A stretch of DNA of 61,346 bases, filler included, from Chiloscyllium plagiosum (GCF_004010195.1; 5 parts of one record of this genome joined end to end with filler, not necessarily neighbours in it); one strand, 5' to 3'. Shown: positions 1 to 11,919, numbered from the whole stretch's first letter. A program made the numbers and translations. The notes: generated from the letters alone by a model not told the origin.

Positions 1-105
1 CCTCCTCCCTCCCTCTCCCTCCCTCCTCCTCCCCCTCTCTCCCTCTCCCTTCCCCTCCCTGTCCCTTCCTCCCTCCACGTCCCATCCCTCCCTCCCCCTT
101 CCCCT
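1..105. repeat. C/T-rich low-complexity tract
   Basis: (CCCT/CCTC)n. Confidence 0.9.
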
Positions 106-108
106 CAC

Positions 109-279
109 CTTCTCGATCAGGTCGATACAGGCCTGTAAGTCCATACCAAAGTCGACGAAGGTCCACTCGAGGCCCTGCATCTTATACTCCTCCTGTTCAA
201 GTACGAACATGTGGTGATTGAAGAACTGTTGCAGCTTCTCGTTGGTGAAGTTAATACAGAGCTGCTCGAAACTGTTCAG
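109..279 (-). CDS. Myosin heavy chain coding exon 14 (relay helix): [57 protein letters not shown]; gene continues beyond the window edge
   Basis: 171 nt, GCAG/GTGAGG, relay helix motif. Confidence 0.97.
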
Positions 280-324
280 CTGCAGGGAGAAACGGAGTGA
301 TCAGTGAGGGCCAGGCATAGACCC

Positions 325-725
325 CTGACAGAGAGAGAGAGAGAGAGACCCCTCTCCCCGTCAGAGAGAGAGAGACCCCTCCCCGGTCAGAGAGAGAGAG
401 AGGGGGACCCCTCTCCCAGTCAGAGAGAGAGAGAGACCCCTCCCCGGTCAGAGAGAGAGAGAGAGACCCCTCCCCCATCAGAGAGTGACCCCTTTCCCTG
501 TCAGAAGAGAGAGAGATAGACCTATCCCCGGTCAGAGAGAGAATGATACCCCTTCCCCATCAGAGAGAGAGAGAGAGAGAGACCCCTCTCTGGGTCAGAA
601 AGGGCCCTTTTCCCACCCAATCAAAGCGAGACCCCTCCCCAGGTCAGAGAGAGAGAGAGAGACAGAGAGACCCCTCCCCTGTGAGGGACTAATCCGCCCC
701 CACCATCAGAGAGACCCCCTCCTCG
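325..725. repeat. Minisatellite of (GA)n-CCCCTCCCCGGTCA units, about 28-35 bp
   Basis: About 11 visible tandem units. Confidence 0.92.
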
Positions 726-1104
726 GGATTCCACACTCTACCTTGCGGACTGTGACTGGGTCTGCTGAAGATCTGCGTTAGGCGAAGGCTTGGCTGGGGG
801 TCTGAGTGTGCAGTGTGAGGGGAGGGTGGTGAGTCACAGTGAGTGGAGGGGAGTCTCATTTCCTGCTGACACCTTGCACCCTCTTCACAACTTGGCTTTC
901 CCCCTGCTGTTACACAGACCATCAGTGAATCTGACTGACCTATCCCCCTCACTCATCCATGTGGATCAGAAATAGCTGTGGTCCCAGCGTGGATCCGTCT
1001 GACATGGGGCAATGTACTGAGCCCATCCCCTTTCTGTATGAGCCCCCACACCACCCACTCTTAGTAACGTCTTATGTGGGACGCAAAACTGCATTGAGAA
1101 TTAC

Positions 1105-1254
1105 TTGAAAAATCTCGAAGCCTGCGATGTCCAGCACTCCGATAAATAACTTGCTCGCCAGCTTTGTGTCCAGTGTCTTGTTAATCCGTGTCACCAGCCA
1201 TGTGAACATTCGGTCATACGTGGCTTTCGCTAAAGCTCCAACGGCGTAAAGGAC
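1105..1254 (-). CDS. Myosin heavy chain coding exon 13 (switch II): [50 protein letters not shown]
   Basis: 150 nt, GCAG/GTAATT, DIAGFE motif. Confidence 0.97.
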
Positions 1255-2349
1255 CTGCCACCAGACAAAAAAAAATAAGCACAGCTTGAGTCCAGGCAGA
1301 AGCCAGAGCCATGTGGTGTTGGTCAGATCTCCTGTCAGTGCGGACAAAGGGCAGGAGGAGTGCAGACTTGACCTCATTGAGTATATCCAGCAATTTGTTT
1401 CAAATATGGGAGCAGAGGTGCTTTACATAGAGTCACAGAGATGTACAGCACAGAAACTTGGTCCAACCCGTCCATGCCGATCAGATATCCCAACCCAATC
1501 TAGTCCCACCTGCCAGCACCCGGCCCATATCCCTCCAAACCCTTCCTATTCATGTACCCATCCGGGCTCAGACATGACCAGGAGGATCATAAACACACGC
1601 TCACAGCCTCACGTTAAGGAACTAACCATTTAGGACTGGCCTATGTAGAGATTGCTCCAATGAAGAGCTTGTGAATCATTCAAATTCTCAACCCCCAGAG
1701 AATTATGGATGCTTCATTTCATCTAAACTCATAGAAAATAGGAGCCACAGGCCATTTGGCCCTTAAATCTGCTGCACCTTTCAATACTATCCAATTGAGT
1801 CCTCTATTCCTGCTTTTGCCCCATTCCCTTGATCTCTTTAGCTCTAAGAACTAAGAACAACGTCTTCTTGAAAACTGAAAAAACTGCAGATGCTGTAAAT
1901 CAGAAACAAAAGCAGAAATTGCTGGAAAAGCTCAGCAGGTCTGTGGAGAGAGATCAGAGTTAATGTTTCGGGTCAGAATGGAGGAAGGGTCCTCAACCCA
2001 AAACATTAACCCTGATCTCTCTCCACAGATGCGGCCAGACCTGTTGAGCTTTTTCAGCAATGTCTGTTTTGATACCTTCTTGTAAACATTCAGTGTTTTG
2101 CCCTCAGCCATTTCCTGAGGCAGAGGATTCCCCCGGCTCCCCACTCTCTGGGTGAAGACATTTCTCCCCATCTCAGTCCTGAATACATTCATGGGATGTG
2201 GGTGTCACTGGCTGGGCCCAGCATTTATTGTCCATCCCTAGTTGTCCCTTAAGGAGGTGGGGGTGAGCTGCCTTCTTGAACCGTCTGCTGTGGGTAGACC
2301 CACAATGCCCTTAGGGAGGGAATTCCAGGATTTTGACACTTCAGGAGTT

Positions 2350-3135
2350 AGAACATAGAACATACAAAAATACAGCACAGAAGAGGCCCTTCAGCCCACG
2401 ATGTTGTGCCGAGGATTAATCCTAATCCAAAGTAAAATAACCTAACCTACACACCCCTCAATTCACTGCTGTCCATGTGCATGTCCAGCAACTGCTTAAA
2501 TGTCTCTAATGACTCTGCTTCCACCACCACACTGGTAACGCATTCCATGCACTCACAACTCTCTGCGTAAGGAACCTACCTTCCTCCTAATATCTTAAAA
2601 CTATGAACCCGTGTACCAGTCAATCCTACCCTGGGGAAACGCCTCTGGCTATTGACTCTATCCATGCCTCTCACTATCTTGTATACCTCGATCAGGTCTC
2701 CTCTCTTCCTCCTTCTCTCCACAGAGAAAAGTCCAAGCTTAGTCAACCTCTCTTAGTAAGACAAGCCCTCCAGGCAGCATCCTGGTAAACCTTCTTTGCA
2801 CCCTCTCCAAATCCTCTGTATCTTTCCTATAGTAGGGCGACCAGAACTGGACACAATATTCCAAGTGTGGTCTCACCAGGGACTTGTAGACCTGCAGCAA
2901 AACCTTGCAGCTCTTAAACTCAATCCCCCTGTTAATGAAAGCCAAAACACCATTTGCTTTCTTAACAAACCTATCCACTTGGGTAGCAACTTTGAGGGAT
3001 CTAGGGTACTTGAACACCAAGATCCCTCTGTTCCTCCACACTCCCAAGATTTATGCCTTTAATCCTAAATTCAGCATTCGAGTTCGACCTTCCAAAATGC
3101 ACCACTTCACATTTATCCAGGCTGTGCTCCATTTG
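2350..3135 (-). mobile_element. CR1-clade LINE 3' fragment (RT C-terminus and tail)
   Basis: ORF LVRPHLEYCVQFWSPYYRKD..LERVQRRFTRMLPG; (TTCTATG)n tail. Confidence 0.9.
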
Positions 3136-3196
3136 CAGGGATAGCTGGCATTGTTTGGGGTGCAGCCAGAGCTGATTGAGTTTCAGATTCACGTAC

Positions 3197-3315
3197 CTGC
3201 CCAACATTCTGATCCTTGGTCACACACTCATTGCCAATCTTCACCTGAGGGTGTAGCAGGCTGGTGATCAGGTCTGTCGAGCGAATTCCCAGTAAGCAGG
3301 CAGCTTTATCTGCAC
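3197..3315 (-). CDS. Myosin heavy chain coding exon 12 (cardiomyopathy loop): (S)[39 protein letters not shown]
   Basis: 119 nt, ACAG/GTACGT, phase matches; divergent but alignable to HPRVKVGNEYVTKGQ. Confidence 0.94.
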
Positions 3316-4231
3316 CTGTTACAAAAAGGTGGGATGATAGTAAAGATCAGTGGAAAACCACGCTTTATTCCGAATCCAGGAGATGTTGTGGACTATGCCT
3401 CAAAGGTGACCATCCGCTGCATCCTGCTGTGATGCAATCTGGGCATCACTGGCAAGGGCAGCACCTACAACTGTTGCCCACCTATAATTGCCCCAGGAGT
3501 CCGTGACGGTGAGCTGCTTTGTTGTCTCGAGCTTGTGGAGATACCTGCAGTGCTGTTGGGAAGGAGAATTCCTGCCTGCTAACCCAGTGTCATTGAATGT
3601 ACCTCCGAGTAAGATGTAAATTCATGCAAATTATGGGCAGGAGTAAGCCCTTTGATTTCACTCAGCCGTTCAGTGAGGTGATGGCTGCTGTGAATATTCC
3701 ACATTCATGGCCCTGATAACGTTTCACAAAGTCAGAAGTTGCTGGAGAGAGAAACAGAGTGAATATTTGGGATGTAGTGGCTCTGCTTCAGGACTCAGTG
3801 ACCTTTCACCAATACCCTTTCACCCCCTCACTTCTCAAACATCTATCTACCTCTGTCTTCAAAATATGCAAGGTCTCAGCTTCAAACACCTTTTGAGGAA
3901 TAGGATTCCAAAGACCATCAATGAAAATAAGAACCTACTCATGAATCAGGCAGGAAACTTTCAATAAAATTCATCCCTTGATGGTTAAGGAGATGAGTAA
4001 CATCTGTTTCCCATTTTTAACCAGCTTTCAATATATGTGTTATTTAGCCAATGTTGCTTAGTTCCAGGTTTTGCTTGTGTGATGGACCACCCCAGTTTAA
4101 TGGATGAGTATTGCAGCCACTCTGAGCTGTACAGTGTGTTATTGAGCTGCTATACTGCTATCGCACACTGTTTCGAAATGAAAGTAATCCCGTCCACCCT
4201 GATCAATAATGGACTCGTGTTAATTACTTAC

Positions 4232-4370
4232 TTTCTGTTCCATCTATTTCAGCCTGTTCCTCCCTTGGCTTCTGTTTGAACTTCATGTTCCCAAAATGCA
4301 AGATCACCCCCACCATTTTGTAGCAGTTGTATTTCTCTTCTGTGGAAAAGCCCAAGATGTCCATAGCGTG
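4232..4370 (-). CDS. Myosin heavy chain coding exon 11: [46 protein letters not shown](S)
   Basis: 139 nt, [20 protein letters not shown] motif. Confidence 0.97.
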
Positions 4371-4394
4371 CTAATAATAAAAAAACACAGGATT

Positions 4395-4740
4395 AGTAAT
4401 ACCCTCCCTGTGACTCTGTAATACCCGCACTGTGACTCTGTAATACCCTCCCATAGAGTCAATATTACGCTCCCTGTGAGTCTGTAATACCCTCCCTGTG
4501 AGTCTGTAATACCTTCCCTGAGAGTCTGTAATACCCTCCCAGAGAGTCCGTAATATCCTCCGAGAGTCTGTAATACCCTCCCAGAGAGTCTGTAATACCC
4601 TCCTAGAGAGTCTGTAATACCTTCCCTGTGAGTCTATAATAACCTCCCTGAGAGTCTGTAATACCCTCCCTGTGTGTCTGTAATACCCTCCCTGTGTATC
4701 TGTAATATCCTCCGTGAGAGTCTGTAATACCCTCCCTTTT
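4395..4740. repeat. 22-bp minisatellite GTAATACCCTCCCTGTGAGTCT
   Basis: About 15 tandem copies. Confidence 0.93.
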
Positions 4741-6148
4741 GAGATCAGTGTGCGATTGAGTAGAGCACAGGAACAGGTACATGGTGGGGCTCAGACAGTG
4801 TAAGCCCCCTGCAGACAGCAAACACATTGTTAACTATTACCACACACAATGACAGGGAAGGTGCAAGATTTAAAGTTCTTACAAACATTCTCTGCTGTTA
4901 TAATTTAGGAAGGGGAAACCCCGATTGCTCATTCATTGGAAAAGAATTCTGCAACCAAAAGGATTGACATTTACCGAGTTTAACTCACATTGATAAAACA
5001 TTTCACTGTGCCTCGGTACACGTGACAATAAACTCATTTCAATTCAATTCAATTGTATTGAGTGCTCAAGGTGGAGGATGGATAACCCTCATCCTTTATA
5101 CCCCTAGCATTCAGTGATCCCATATCTGATGTGTGTCTGACAGTGTTTCTCTCCTTCAGCTCTGTTCCCATCAACCAAGCCAGAAGCTCATTGGTTCAAC
5201 GCAGAGTAATCATTCACTTCGCTTTGTCACATCCAATAATTCAATTCAAATTTACGATTCCTGTTCGCATCTCAGACTGTCGACCTGAGCTCTGAGAAAT
5301 CATTAGGCTGAGGAGAGACACAAGCTGATGAAAATGATGATCAAGGGAAGGCTGAAACAACTCCCATCCTGCAGTCAGGAATATTCCCGTCTTATCAAAG
5401 GGGCACCACCACATGTATTGCCCTGTGAGCAATCTGAGGTCATTAACTGTCACTGGGATTGTGTGCATGTTTACCTCACGGTTCCTCAGACTGTTATCTA
5501 TAAAGTATAAATAAAACTATATAAAAATACAAATATATGTAAACAACAGAATTATCCACAAACCTGGATGAGTTTCCATATTTAATATTTAGTCAGTGGA
5601 TTTTAAAGGCCGCAGAGTCCCCTTAACAGGGGTTTCTTTTCCTTCTTTCATGGTTAGTGGATGTCACTAGAAGGATTGGCTTTGTTCCCTGTCCCTAAGT
5701 GCCCCTGAACCAAGTGGCTGTCTATACCATTTCAGAGGGCAGGTCAGAGTCAACCACATTGCTGTGTGTCTGGAGTCACATGTTGGCCAGACCAGGTGAG
5801 GATGGCAGATTTCCTTCCCTGAAGGACATTAGTGAGCCAGGTTGGTTTTTAAAACAGTCAATGCTCACCATTGCTGAGTCTAACTTTTAATTCCAGATTT
5901 GTTTGTTTTATTCCTGTTCCCCCTGGGCAATTGGGGATGGGTAATAAATAGCCAGCGACACCCACTCCTCACGAATGAGTGAGAATTAATTTTAACTCCA
6001 GCTGTGGTGGGATTCGAACCTGCAAGGCAGGAGCGTTAAGCCAGGCTTCGGGATGATTATTCCTGTCACATTCCCAAAGCACCATGTCCCCCTGATGAAA
6101 CAACCACTTCTTAAAGGAATGGTGAGATGTGGAATATAAAACACTTAC

Positions 6149-6252
6149 ATCAGTTGCCATTAGCTCTGCACCATCGTCGACTTTGTCCACTGTCACTACT
6201 CCTTGTGAACAGAAGTGGTAGTCATGGGGATTGGTGGAGACCATTAGGATAT
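6149..6252 (-). CDS. Myosin heavy chain coding exon 10: (D)ILMVSTNPHDYHFCSQGVVTVDKVDDGAELMATD
   Basis: 104 nt, ACAG/GTAAGT; DYHFCSQG is MYH7B/MYH15-type. Confidence 0.96.
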
Positions 6253-6645
6253 CTGTAATGAGAAGGGGGACTCAGTTTGATTCTGGTGATGGTAAACTGT
6301 CCCTGGTTCAGATTAGAAACTTAACTCCTTGTGCTGTGAGGTATTCCAACCTGAGGCAGTAACAATATGTGGGGAAACTGTTTTTAATGCACTGTTGTGT
6401 GTCTTAGACAGAAGTTAACATTGAGCCAAAGAGGAGGGAGTCAGGTCTGGGCAGACTGAAGGGCTGAAGCAGCATCTTACTCAAACAGCAAGCTGTGAGG
6501 TGATCTGTGAAGATCGTAGGGTCTAGATTAATTAAGACACAGAGACCAATGGGGAGCATGAAGGGGCTGGGAGATGGGGGAGCCAGGGTTGTAGGGCTGG
6601 AGGAGGTTATCGAGATGGGAGATGTCAAGGACATGGCAGCATTGA

Positions 6646-6850
6646 GTCTGAGAGTGAGGTGCTGGAAAAGCACAACCAGTTAGACAGCATCCGAGGAGCG
6701 GGAAAGTCGACGTTTCGGACATATGCCCTTCATCAGGAATTCCTGAAAAGTCGACTCTCCCGCTCCTCGCGTGCTGCCTGACTGGCTGTGCTTTTCCAGC
6801 ATCACACTCTTCAACTCTGACCTCCAGCATCTGTAGCCCTCATTTTCTCC
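6646..6850. mobile_element. Short fold-back Penelope-end element
   Basis: Inverted arms GCTGGAAAAGCAC...GTGCTTTTCCAGC; 9-bp TSD CAGCATTGA (6637-6645, 6851-6859). Confidence 0.8.
6709..6736 (-). ncRNA. Minimal hammerhead ribozyme-like core on the myosin pre-mRNA strand
   Basis: CUGAUGA-A-GGGC-AUAU-GUCC-GAAAC-GUC. Confidence 0.6.
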
Positions 6851-6961
6851 CAGCATTGACTATGAGGCTGATGGACTTTTCCATTTAACTAAGAGCATCT
6901 GGCTCCCACACTGTAAATCCATTGATCTCTCTCTCTCTCTCTCTCTAATGCTGCTCCTTAC

Positions 6962-7060
6962 CTTGAAGTTCCTTTTTCTTGCCAGACAGGATCTGATAAT
7001 AAATGTGATAACTCCGCTCCCCAGGTTGTTGGAATACAACACGTGACTTCTCCAGCAAGT
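6962..7060 (-). CDS. Myosin heavy chain coding exon 9: (Y)[32 protein letters not shown](D)
   Basis: 99 nt, TCAG/GTAAGG, YLLEKSRV motif. Confidence 0.97.
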
Positions 7061-7743
7061 CTGAACAGATGAAGAAATATTGATTAATACCTTGGCAGAA
7101 AACAATCCCCACTCTTTATCTACAGCTACGACAGGTATTCAGAGACCTCCCTGTCCAGAGACAAAATCTGTCTGTACATTCCCTCATTTTATTCTGACAT
7201 TCTCTCCCCCCTCAGTCCCATGCTTCATTCTGCCCCTTATTTTGAGTTACTCTGTGACTGTAATTCAGAGCCAAGGTGAGTTATTCCCCCTGAATTCGTT
7301 GAGGTCGATTTTCACCCATTCCTTCTGCAAGGCATCATTACAGTTCTCATTCTGATGTAGTCACACAATGTGTCCACCATTTCCCCAAACTATTTCAAAC
7401 CAACCCATCTTTGGAATGTCTTTAGCACACTGTCCATTTCATTACAAACTGGCAAGCTTACTTGCTCTGAGAGCTCACATCCATCAGATTTCCTCCTGCG
7501 TAAATTTTTATGCAATTTCCGAATGGGCTGCTGTTTCTGTTTAAGTTTCAAATAGAGATCCTACCTTCCCAACCCATGACCACTTCCACCCAGAAGGACA
7601 GGAGAACACCATTCCCTGCAGGTTCCCCTCCAAGCCACTCACCACCCTGACTTGGAAATATATCATCATTCCTTCACTGTCGCTGGGCCAAAATCTTGGA
7701 ATTCCCTTCCTAAGGGCATTGTGGGTCAATCTACAGCACCTGA

Positions 7744-8077
7744 CAGCAGGAGGCTCAGTGGTTAGCACTGCTGCCTGACAGCGCCAGGGACCCAGGTTCG
7801 ATTCCAGCCTCGGGTGACTGTCTGTGTGGAGTTTGCACATTTTCCCCGTGCCTGCGTGGGTTTCCTCCGGGTGCTCTGGTTTCTTCCCACAATCCAAAGA
7901 TGTGCAGGTTAGGTGAATTGGCCACGCTAAATTGCCCATCGTGTTCAGGGATGTGTAGGTTAGATGACCTAGCTAAGGGAAATGTAGGGTTACAGGGTAG
8001 GAGGGTGGTTCTGAGAGGGATGCTCTTCCAAGGGTTGTTGTAGACTCGATGGGCCTACACTGTAGGGATTCTATGAC
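7744..8077 (+). mobile_element. HE1-type tRNA-derived V-SINE
   Basis: A box GGCTCAGTGG, B box GGTTCGATTCC, V-domain TGTGTGGAGTTTGCACAT..GGGTTTCCTCCGGGTGCTC. Confidence 0.9.
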
Positions 8078-8214
8078 TGCTGCGTTTGAAGAAGGCAGCT
8101 CCCCACCACTTTCTCAAGGGGGTAACTAAGGACGGGCAGTAAGTGCTAACCCAGCCAGTGACACCCACACCCACGTTCCCCACAAACCAAAAGCACATCA
8201 TCGTATTTACGTAC

Positions 8215-8278
8215 AGGTGTCAATGTCAGCAGACGAGAGCTTGCCCGTGTGTCCAAAATGGATCCGTATGTATTTGCC
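8215..8278 (-). CDS. Myosin heavy chain coding exon 8: GKYIRIHFGHTGKLSSADIDT(Y)
   Basis: 64 nt, TCAG/GTACGT, in frame. Confidence 0.96.
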
Positions 8279-9329
8279 CTGAAATCAAGGTAGATATTAG
8301 ACAATAGGTTTAGTTGTTCCTCAAGAGAAGCGAAATAGCATGACGTACGATGTAGTGGGTTACTGGAGCTAGTTAACACTCTGTCTCTATGCTCAGGCTG
8401 ACAGACCAAGCATCTGTACAGGAAGGGGAGCAGGCTACTTGGTCATTTGATTTTATCGTCTCTCCTGCAGCTCAACTTCAACCCACCCCTCTTGGGGGTT
8501 TGTAGTGCAGACGGAGAAGGTGGTAACATTCCATTCGTTATCCACTATCTACTCTGGAACTACTCTGTTCAAATCCCACTGCAGCAACTGAGGGGATTTA
8601 AGTTTGGCCCTCAAGTTTGGAACATAAAGCTAGTCTCATTAATAGCCTCCATGATGTCGATCGGAGATTGTTGTGTAGAGTTTCTCCTGATTGATGAAGA
8701 GCCTTCAGGAGGGAAATCTGCCATCCTTACCTAGTCTGACCTACACGTGACTCCAGGTCCACAACGGTGTGGCTGACTCTGAATTGCTCTGTGAAATGAC
8801 TCAACAAACCTCTCCGTTCGAGGGCAGCTAAGGATGGTCTCCAAATGCCATCCCATAGAAGAATTTTTAGAAACCCCTGAAACCATACAATGTCGGACCC
8901 AAAGTAGGCCATTCAGCCCATCGAGTCTGCTCCACCAATTGACGAGATCATACTTCTTTTGATCATCCTCCACTCCACTTTCCTGCCCTTTCCCCTGGAC
9001 CTTTGATTCCCATTCCTGACTAAAAAGTTGTCCCTCTCAGCCTTGAATATATTTAATGACCTATCCTCAATATCCCTCTACGCTAAAGAATTCCATAGAT
9101 CCATTACCCTCTGGGAGAAGAAATTCCTCCTCAGTCCAGTCTTAAATGGGTGAACCAAAGATAATGTCCTCTGGTCTGAAACTCTTCCACAAGGGAGAGA
9201 CAACCTTTCCGCTAATCTGTGAAGAACCTAAAGAATCTTACACCTTTCAATGAGGTCTCCTCCCATTCTTTTAAACTCCAATGAGTACAGGCCCGATCTA
9301 CACAACCTATCCTCATAAAGCAGTCATAT

Positions 9330-9895
9330 AGTCATAGAGATGTACAGCATGGAATCAGACCCTTCGGTCCAACCCGTCCATGCCGACCAGATATCCCAAC
9401 ACAATCTAGTCCCAACCTGCCAGCACCCGGCCCATATCCCTCCAAACCCTTCCTATTCATATACCCATTCAAATGCCTCTTAAATGTTGCAATTGTACCA
9501 GCCTCCACCACTTCCTCTGGTAGCTCATCCCATACACGTACCACCCTCTGCGTGAAAACGTTGACCCTTAGGTCTCTTTTATAATTTTCCCCTCTCATCC
9601 TAAACCTATGCACTCTAGTTCTGGATTCCCCCACCCCATGGAAAAAAACTTTGCCTATTTATCCCTTCCATACCCTTCATAATTTTTATAAACCTCTATA
9701 AGGTCATCCCTCAACCTCCGACACTCCAGGGAAAACAGCTCTGGCCTATTCAGCCTCTCCCTATAGCTCAAATCCTCCAACCCTGGCAACATCTTTGTAA
9801 ATCTTTTCTGAACCCTTTCAAGTTTCACAACATCTTTCCAATAGGAAGGAGACCAGAATTGCACGCCATATTCCAACAGTGGCCTAACCAATGTC
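9330..9895 (-). mobile_element. Young CR1 (HER1-like) 3' fragment nested in an older CR1
   Basis: VRPLLEYGVQFWSP..KLERVQKRFTKML; same subfamily as 13595-14250, 30100-31055 and 60946-61346. Confidence 0.9.
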
Positions 9896-10621
9896 CTTCC
9901 ATATCTGATATCAGCCTAGTGAACTCTACCTGGACTGCCTCCAATGCCAGGATATCTTCCCTTAGATAAGGACCCAGAAAGGGTGGTACATGTATGGAAT
10001 GAGCTGCCAGAGGAAGTGGTGGAGGCTGGTACAATTACAACATTTAAAAAGCATCTGGATGGGTATATGAATAGGAAGCATTTAGAGGGATATGGGCCAA
10101 GTGCTGGTAAATGGGACTAAGTCAGAATGGAATGTTTGGTCAGCACAGACAAGTTGGACCAAGGGGTCTGTTTCTGTGCTGTACATCTTTATGACATTTT
10201 TTGAGCTGTGGTCTGAATAGTGCTTTGTATAGCCTTTGAAAAACATCCTTACTTCTATCTTTTGTTCACTTCCTTAACCAAGGAAGCGCCTTTCAAGATT
10301 ACTTTTCAGAAGCATTTCTCCTGAAATGATCAGACTGTGGAAGGTGTCACAGAGAGGACAGAGGATGACTCTAACCACCCCCTTTTTTGTTACCAATGAT
10401 CTTTCTGGTCACTGGCCTGTCACGGTTAATACTGACCTTTGGATTTAATGTTTGGAAACCTGTCAAGGTTTTATCCAATTGATTGTCTCAACCTGAGCTG
10501 GAGATCAGGAGGAGCTATGTCTGGGATTTGGGTACATGCTGAAACCACGGGTAGAGCCACAAATAGTGGCAAGCTTGCAGTTAGGAGAGAGAAACATCAA
10601 AGGGAGAATGTTTCCACTCAC

Positions 10622-10714
10622 AAATCTAGAAGAGTTGTCATTTCGAACAGTCTTAGCATTCCCAAACGCTTCCATGGCTGGATTAGCCTCAATGATCTGA
10701 TCTTCCAGGGAGGC
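10622..10714 (-). CDS. Myosin heavy chain coding exon 7 (switch I): [31 protein letters not shown]
   Basis: 93 nt, [28 protein letters not shown] motif. Confidence 0.96.
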
Positions 10715-11172
10715 CTGTGGGACTCACAAGTAGAAAATATTAAGAATGCAAAATGTACAATATATGGACCTTCTCTTTAGCTAGTCTTGCACAATTTACC
10801 AAATCATTCATTCAATCAACATGTATGTTTAATTAGATGTTATCATAGAATCTCCACAGCACAGAAGGAGGCCATTTGGCCAGTCTTGGCTATGCTGACT
10901 CTTTGCAATTCCAGTGCCACATCCCAGTCTGAGATGTCTTTACTCATCAGATAATAATCTGTTTGCCTTCTGAAAGTCACGGATGGCATGTTGCAGATCC
11001 TGGCTCTCCATAGGCTCTTCCTCTTGCTGTCTTTTGCTAATCACCTTAAACCTGAGACCTTCCGCACTTGATCACTGTGTCAATGGGAACGGGTTTTCCC
11101 TGTCTATTGCTTCTGGGTTTCCGAGCGGTTAATTTTGGCGTAAGTGTACCTATTCAGCTTGGCCCACATGCT

Positions 11173-11204
<32 letters not shown>

Positions 11205-11237
11205 GCACGCACGCACACGCACACACACACACACACA
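11173..11237. repeat. (CA)n/(CACG)n microsatellite
   Basis: Direct reading. Confidence 0.95.
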
Positions 11238-11283
11238 GTTCTGACCAAGAGTCGCACATTAAGGGATACATGACGAGCTCAGA

Positions 11284-11692
11284 TAGGTAAAAACAATGAC
11301 TGCAGATGCTGGAAACCAGATTCTGGATTAGTGGTGCTGGAAGAGCACAGCAGTTCTGGCAGCATCCAAGGAGCTTCGAAATCGATGTTTCGGGCAAAAG
11401 CCCTTCATCAGGAATAAAGGCAGAGAGCCTGAAGCGTGGAGAGATAAGAGGGACTCCCTGAGATTCTTGTAGAGAGAGGAGGAAAACTTCCTCAAGGCAG
11501 GCATCCTTGCAAGAGGATTCGCAGTAGGGTTAAAATCAACGAGGTAAAAACAATGACTGCAGATGCTGGAAACCAGATCTCAGGGAGTCCCTGTTATCTC
11601 TCCACGCTTCAGGCTCTCTGCCTTTATTCCTGATGAAGGGCTTTTGCCCGAAACGTCAATTTTACTGATCATCAGATGCTGCCTGAACTGCT
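11284..11692. mobile_element. Penelope-end element with partial tandem and inverted copy
   Basis: AGGTAAAAACAATGACTGCAGATGCTGGAAACCAGAT twice; inverted segment; 9-bp TSD GAGCTCAGA. Confidence 0.8.
11630..11657 (+). ncRNA. Minimal hammerhead ribozyme-like core
   Basis: CUGAUGA-A-GGGC-UUUU-GCCC-GAAAC-GUC. Confidence 0.62.
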
Positions 11693-11728
11693 GAGCTCAG
11701 ACCAGTGCCAGCCACTTCCAGGACTTAC

Positions 11729-11838
11729 TGCTTTCTGCAAGTGAACACTTTCATAATCTCCGTGAGGTCAGGTGACCCCTTATCCATCTCTGTTCTAGAC
11801 AGTGGTCTAGCCTCAATGATCTGATCTTCCAGGGAGCC
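11729..11838 (-). other. Pseudo-exon / candidate poison exon starting with a copy of the first 31 nt of exon 7
   Basis: CCACAG|GGCTCCCTGGAAGATCAGATCATTGAGGCTA, 36/37 identical to 10684-10720; ends at CA|GTAAGT; 110 nt. Confidence 0.5.
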
Positions 11839-11919
11839 CTGTGGATCAGTTACTATTCTGGCTGATTGCTCTAGTGTTTCTGTGTCAGACTCACAGCCAT
11901 GGCTGTGCTACATTCTTAC

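Noticed and set aside
251..781. Arg/Glu/Pro-rich ORFs
   Set aside because: Translations of the GA-rich minisatellite
4395..4740. CRISPR-like regular repeats (also 12072-12822)
   Set aside because: Head-to-tail units with no unique spacers, no cas genes, vertebrate context
7744..7815. tRNA gene
   Set aside because: A/B boxes run straight into the V-SINE body; SINE head, not a tRNA
10721..11807. Loop-1 micro-exon (ATKTG-type)
   Set aside because: No AG/GT-bounded segment encoding it found by eye
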